A stretch of 64,000 bases of DNA from the NCBI GenBank assembly GCA_002104945.1, contig MCFH01000032.1:541915-605914 (forward strand), given 5' to 3'. Both the position numbers and the translations under genes were made by a program. Shown in pieces: positions 57,898 to 64,000 of the stretch; the first letter of the stretch is position 1; each line of letters opens with the position of its first letter. The notes under the pieces were generated by a model. That model searched no databases, had not been told where the DNA came from, and saw nothing but the letters and a program-made list of their open reading frames with translations. Source of the DNA: Piromyces finnis finn. Its lineage: Eukaryota > Fungi > Neocallimastigomycota.

Positions 57898-60800
57898 TGT
57901 TTTAATAATAAGTTTTAATATACTTTTTATATGATATTTCATTGAATATTTTTATTATTTCAATTATAATATTTTTTTGTATACCTGATATTTTAAATAT
58001 TAATTTTTACTTTGTATACAATTAATAAGTTATTATATTTTTTTATTATTAATTAATTATTTATTAAGATAATATTTATTAAGTTATATTATAGTTAATA
58101 ATTAATAATTAATAATCTTACAAAGAATTTCAAAATTGATTTCAATTCTTTGTTTAAATATTTTTTTCTTACATATAATAAAATTACATTGATATTAATA
58201 TTGATATTAATATTGATAATAAAAATAAAATAATTAAAGTATTAATAATTGATATTGATATTAATAATATGAATTCATATGATAGATCTTAAGATTAATC
58301 TTTTAAATTACTTTTAAAATAAAAGTATTGTTTTAACCATTTTAAATTGTAAATATTTAATATTATAAATTGAGAATAACAATTACTGATACTAATTATA
58401 TATTCTCATGATTAATTAATTAATAATTATAACTAATGATTTTTGATCCAAAGGCTTTTTGGTTTGATTATGATTGAGGTTATTAATCAAAATTATTTGA
58501 AAATTTATTAATTAATTTTTATAATTGATTAGGTTTGTAATCAAGAATATTTATTATCTAACCTTATTTAATAATAATGGAGAATTTTTAAATTAAATTA
58601 TTTATAGAAAGTTGGATGACTTGAATAATGACTTTAATTATATAAATTAATATTAATCATTTTAATATATATTATTATATATTAATTGGAACTAATTAAT
58701 TCTTTAAATAGCTATATCTCAAGAACTAGTGGTCTAAATTAGCTGATAATTTGTGAGAATATAGATCTCAACTAGTACTTTCTAATAAAATTGGTTTGAA
58801 GTCTCTAGAAAAGGAAAATAGGACACGAGATTCAGAAGTTATCACTAGGTTTCGTATAATAACATTTTCTTCTCAAGGGTTAATTTATTGAAAATTAAAT
58901 TTTTGTGATCCTTAACCCTTTTCAATATTAAATTTTTTCAAGTGATCTTTTAATTATTTTTAAAAGTGTTTTATAATTTTTGAAATATAAATTTGATTTT
59001 TAAATTGTTTATTTGAATATTTAATTTATTTTTTAATCGTCTTCTATTCTTGACAACGCCCTCCTTTAAAATTCGCATTCCAGGCGAATTACAAAGTATT
59101 AAATATTAAAATTTAAGGTTTTTAAGGTTTGAAAAAATTTTTGGAAAATTTTTGATTTTTCTCGAGAAGAAGTAATTACTTCGAAAGGGCACTTGAATCC
59201 TTTTAGATTCAATTGGCCATGTGCACTTTGCGAAAAAATTTTTTGTTGAATTTTTTGATGAAATTAAAATTTTGTTATGGAAATCGATATCGCTGATTAA
59301 GAATATATAAAAATTAATATAAATTTCGTTGTAAAATTTTTTGATTTATATTGAAATGTTGAAATTTTGAAAATTTCAAAAATTAAAAAATTGCTTATTT
59401 TTGATGAAAAAATGTTTTATATTGCTTATTTTGTGTATAAATATTATAAATTTATTAATAAAAATTAAAAATAAAATTTTTGAAAATTTTGAAAATTGGG
59501 AAATGTTAACTATTATTATTTAAAATTATATCGCAATAAGAAAAATTATTATTTTAAATTAATTATATTATTTATAAATTTTTTGTTATACGCAATAGAA
59601 ACCGGTTTTCTTTTATTTTCTAAATATAATAAATAAATCTTTTGATTTCTGGGATTGTCTTCGACTTCGCTAGAAGGAACCCAGTGGTATTTAGAACTAT
59701 ATTTATATCTGATTTTATATTCATATTGTTTTAATTTATAATTAGTTCTAAATCCTGAAATTTCAATTATATCTTTAATAGATTATTGATGTGAATTTCT
59801 TTTTATAAAATTTTTTGGAGTTGGAATAAATGGTTCTAGTTCTGATATATGAAATACTGAATGATACTTTGGGAATGGTGAATTTTTTATATTTATTTTA
59901 TAATTGTTAAATTTCAAAACTTCTTGAATTTTGTAAGGTCCATATTTACATGGAGCAAGTTTTGTTCTTTCTTCAGTATTAAAGGATGGAGGAGCTTGTA
60001 TCCATACAAGATCACCTACTTTGAAAATAGGTGCAACCATTCTTTTCTTATCGGCAGCACGTTTATATAATTCAATTGATCTGGTTAAAACATCTTTAAT
60101 ATGATTGAAATTATCACTAATATTTCTAGCTATTTTTAAATTGGTATCTGCATCAGAAAGAAGAAAATTATCATCCATTGCTGGGTGAAAACCATAATTT
60201 ATGAAAAATGGTGATTCTTTTGTTGATTCATTAATTGCATTATTATAAGAAAATTCTGCTAAATATAACCAGTCTACCCAATCATTGTGGTAGTAGGCTT
60301 TTGAATAACACCTCAAGTATTGAGTAATGAAAGCATTGCATCTTTCAACCTGACCGACTGTTTCATGATGGTCAGTTGTGGCTAAAATAGATTTAATATT
60401 AAGCATTTCCATTAATTCTTGCCATAATGCGCTTGTGAATTGAGTACCGCGATCAGAATAAATATTCTTCGGCAAGCCGTGTAATTTAAATATGTTTTCC
60501 ATGAATGCTTTGGCTGTTTCTTTGGCATCAGGTATTTGTTTAAAAGGTATTAAATGTATCATTTTTGAGAACCTGTCTACAACCACCATTATTATCGTGT
60601 AACCTTTAGATTCAGGCAGACCGCATAGGAAGTCAATTTCGATAGATTCCCAGGGTTTATCTGGAACTTCAAGTGGTTGTAATAATCCATATTTTCTATG
60701 TCTATTTATTTTATTCCTGGCACAAACTTCGCATGATTTAACAAAATTTGTAACATCCTTTTCAACTTTAGGCCACCAGAAATTTCTTGTAATTAATTCT

Positions 60801-60995
60801 AATGTTCTTTTTACACCTAAATGTCCTGCAGCTGGATTTTCATGGTACTTAGTTAAGAATTCTAATCTTAATTTTTCTGGAATATAAATTAAATCGTTAT
60901 AAGTAATTAAATTGTTTTTTATTTTAAATTTATTCATTTTGCGAAATGGTCGAAAATCGCTTTCAAAATTTCTTGGTTGAAAATAAAGTCTAATA
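57898..60995 (-). mobile_element. 3' remnant of chromovirus B2 (integrase, chromodomain, 3' UTR, 3' LTR); left LTR boundary approximate
   Basis: PPT ggagggcgt, then LTR start TGTCAAG at 59055 (minus strand). Integrase ORF 59783..60937 is closely similar to B, with a premature stop before the chromodomain. Confidence 0.85.
59783..60937 (-). pseudogene. B2 integrase fragment
   Basis: HENPAAGHLG...CEVC, EIDFLCG, YSDRG and GPY motifs. 5'-truncated, with a stop (HQ*SIKD) before the chromodomain. Confidence 0.9.
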
Positions 60996-61846
60996 TTGTA
61001 AAGATATAAGATATATCTTTAGATTATTTAATAATTAATTATTAATTATTAAATAATAAATTAATATTTAGCAAAACTGATTATAAAATTTTTGAGTAAA
61101 TTTTATGGAATAATTTAATAATAAATTATTTTATAATAATTCCGTTAAATTTAAATTAAGATAAATATTTAAGTTTAAGGAATAAAAGAATTTTAATTAA
61201 ATTTAAATATTTCAAATATTTAAAATAATTAAAATATTTTTTAAATACTTTTTATTTAATTTTAGAATAGATTATACTTTTTTATTTAAATTTAGAATAG
61301 TTTAATAATTTTAACTTAGTTTTAAAAATAGATTTATTTATATTTCAATAGGAAATATATTAAGAATAGTATTGATAATATTAAATTAATTTATAGAAAA
61401 TACATGGGCTTTATTCAATTTTGAGTTTACTCAAATTGAATTAAAAGTATAATGAATTAGTTTAGTTTAGTTCTGTTATTTTATTATTTAATTAAATTAG
61501 TTTTGTTTATTTTATATTAAATATATGTTTATTTAAATAGAATAATATATTAGAATATAATTATGAAAAATATTATTAATTACAAAACGTTTTATAATAT
61601 GTTTTTAATAATAAACTTTATTTAATAATAAAATATATTTTATATTTTGGTAATTACAAAGTATTACAAAAATGGAAAATTACAATCATATTTATACTAA
61701 TTGTGGCTTGTTAATAATACATGTCAAAATAATACAATGAGATGTAAAAATATACTTTAATATATTTTAACAACGATCTTAATTTAATTTAAATTCATTA
61801 TATATATTCAAAAAGAAATATTTCTTTGTTTTTTAATATTTCTAAC

Positions 61847-64000
61847 ATTCCCCTGTCAAACTTAATTTTCTGCATGTTGAAAATTATGTTTGAGAATTTC
61901 TTCATTTTTGGTCCATTAACATTTTTAGTTAGAACATCAGCCAACATGTCTTCTGTATTGATGTATTCTAAAATTATTCTTTTATTTTTAATGTGGTCTT
62001 GATTGAAATAAAATTTTATATTTATATGTTTTAATTTTGAGTTTAATTGTCCATTTTCAATAGAAGTTTTACTTGATAAATTGTCTGTAAAGATTTTTAT
62101 TGGTTTTTTAAAATTGAATAGTTCTTGTAATATGCTTCTTATCCATAATACCTTTTTTGAGCATTCCGTTGTGCTTATATATTCAGCCTCCATTGATGAA
62201 GTAGCTACTGTAGATTGTTTTCTTGAGGACCAACATATTGGATCATTTCCCATCAAAATTATGTGACCTGATGTTGATTTTTTATCTTTTGGGTCACCTC
62301 CTAAGTCTGAGTCTGAATAAGCTAAAATTTCCCCTGTTCCTGAATATTCGATTTTATAATTTTAGTATAATTTAAATATTTAAGATATTCATTACCTTAT
62401 ACCAATCAGATATTGTTGGATTTTCCGCATTTCTGGCTGCTTTATTTACTGCATAGGCAATATCTGGGCGGCTACATTTTGATAAATAAATCAAAGAACC
62501 TAAAACACTTTTGTATGTGGTTTTTTCGAATGGTGTTTTATTTTCGTTTATATTATCTCCTGTGCATGGTGTTTTTGCTTTACGAGTATTTTTAATATTA
62601 TATTTAGATAAAATGTTTTCAATATAATTTGTTTGTGATATTGAATATTTAAAACCATTATTTTCTATTTTTATTCCAAGTAAATAATTTATTTTTTCAC
62701 AATTTGATATTTTAAAATTGTTTTTTATCAGTTTAATAGTTTTTTCAATTTCAAACGTTTTCCCAGTGATGATCATATCATCAACATATATACCTATAAT
62801 GCATGTTGTAATACCATTCGTTCTCTTTTGAAAATGCATTGTTCAGAAATCAGTTGTTTGAAACCATTATTTTTAAGAAATAAAGTAATTGTTTCGTTCC
62901 ATTGACGTCCAGACTGTTTTAAGCCATATAAAGCTTTGTTTAATTTCCAGTATCCTCTTCCATAATTTTTGTCTCCTTGTGGGATTGTAACATATATGTC
63001 TTATCTAATTTTGCATTAAGGTAAGCAGCTTTAATATCAAGTTGAAATATTTTCCAATGAAAATTTTGCTGATAATGAAATAATAAGTTTAATACTATCG
63101 ATGCTAAGAGTAGGAGAAAATGTTAATTCATAGTCAATTCCTCTTATTTGACTATATCCTTTTGCTACTAATCTTGCTTTGAATTTACAATATCATTATT
63201 ACTGTCACGTTTATTGTGAAAACCCATTTTGTTTTAATTGGATTTTTATTTTCAGGTAATTTTGAAACTAAATTCATAATATTGTTATCGTATAAATTTT
63301 TTAATTCATTTTTAATTGCTTCTATCCATTTATTTTATATTTGCTTGTTATAGCATCATTAAATGTTAGTGGAGAATCCATGTTTATATTTGCAATTTCC
63401 CTATCATAATTAATGTTTGTAGCACGTTTAACATTATTATTATCTATTTTACATCCAGGTCTTTTAACAGGTAAATTGTTAATTATTTCATTAATTTTAT
63501 ATTTCTTATTACTTATTTATAGTCGTTGTCATTTAATTTTCTTTTTACTATTGAATTAAAATATTCTTGATATATTTTTCTTCTTTTTTGTTGTAAGATA
63601 TATCATTAAAACTGTGTCTTCTTTTTTAATTTTGTTTTATCTATATTAGCATTTTTTGGATTAAAAGAAAATCATTTTCTGGTGAAATTTTGAAATTATC
63701 TAAAAGTTCTATGACATCTTCCATTGTATAACTTTGTTTGGAACAAGTGTTTGTATTGTTGATTCTATTATTGTTTTCAATAGCAACTTCATTAATAGTT
63801 GTATTATTGCTATTATCTTGTATATTATTATCAGTTGTTATACTAATAATTTCTGAGTCTTCATCGAAAGAGTGTGTACTATCATTTATCTCATCATTAG
63901 TATTATTGTCATTTTTATGAGTTGATATAATATCATTATTATCTAAATTTTCATAAGTATTTTGAAAATTGATATCTGTAAAATTAATATGATTATTGTT
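61847..64000 (-). pseudogene. Degenerate Copia K3 (linker, RT, RNase H, PPT; LTR starts at 61847 and runs leftward)
   Basis: RT IYVDD (62372..62839), RNase H CWSSRKQSTVATSS (61798..62256), frameshifts, and PPT gacagggg followed by TGTTAGAA. Confidence 0.88.

Overview
This is extremely AT-rich eukaryotic DNA with spliceosomal introns, long (AAT)n tracts and dense LTR retrotransposons. That profile suggests an anaerobic gut fungus (Neocallimastigomycota), which is an inference only. Host genes are few: a tRNA-Glu(CTC), two tandem paralogous 4-exon membrane-protein genes and an intronless 810-aa LRR gene. The rest is Ty3/Gypsy and Ty1/Copia elements (four with both LTRs and intact ORFs, plus one intact pol running off the left edge), solo LTRs and a tRNA-derived SINE-like element. 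The main observation is that TG...CA elements from several families are stacked end-to-end at single target sites, each separated by a copy of the same 4-bp target duplication. The GATT stack spans 3595-21053, the AATG stack 25141-32861 and the AAAG stack 22093-24329. The AATG stack ends 11 nt upstream of the tRNA-Glu gene, with the intact Gypsy nearest the tRNA. It also holds a non-coding 675-bp element with perfect 275-bp terminal inverted repeats. The GATT and AATG stacks share a 54/55-identical distal flank, which predicts a second tRNA gene just beyond the left edge. Together this looks like a Pol III-directed, polarised and roughly chronological insertion system used by a Gypsy lineage with non-canonical catalytic motifs, and possibly by a TIR passenger. 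Also seen: Tf1-type self-priming in two chromoviruses, a covarying hairpin upstream of their PPTs, half-tRNA-Lys priming in the Copias, and two -1 frameshift signals. Element letters (A-K, X) are my own labels.
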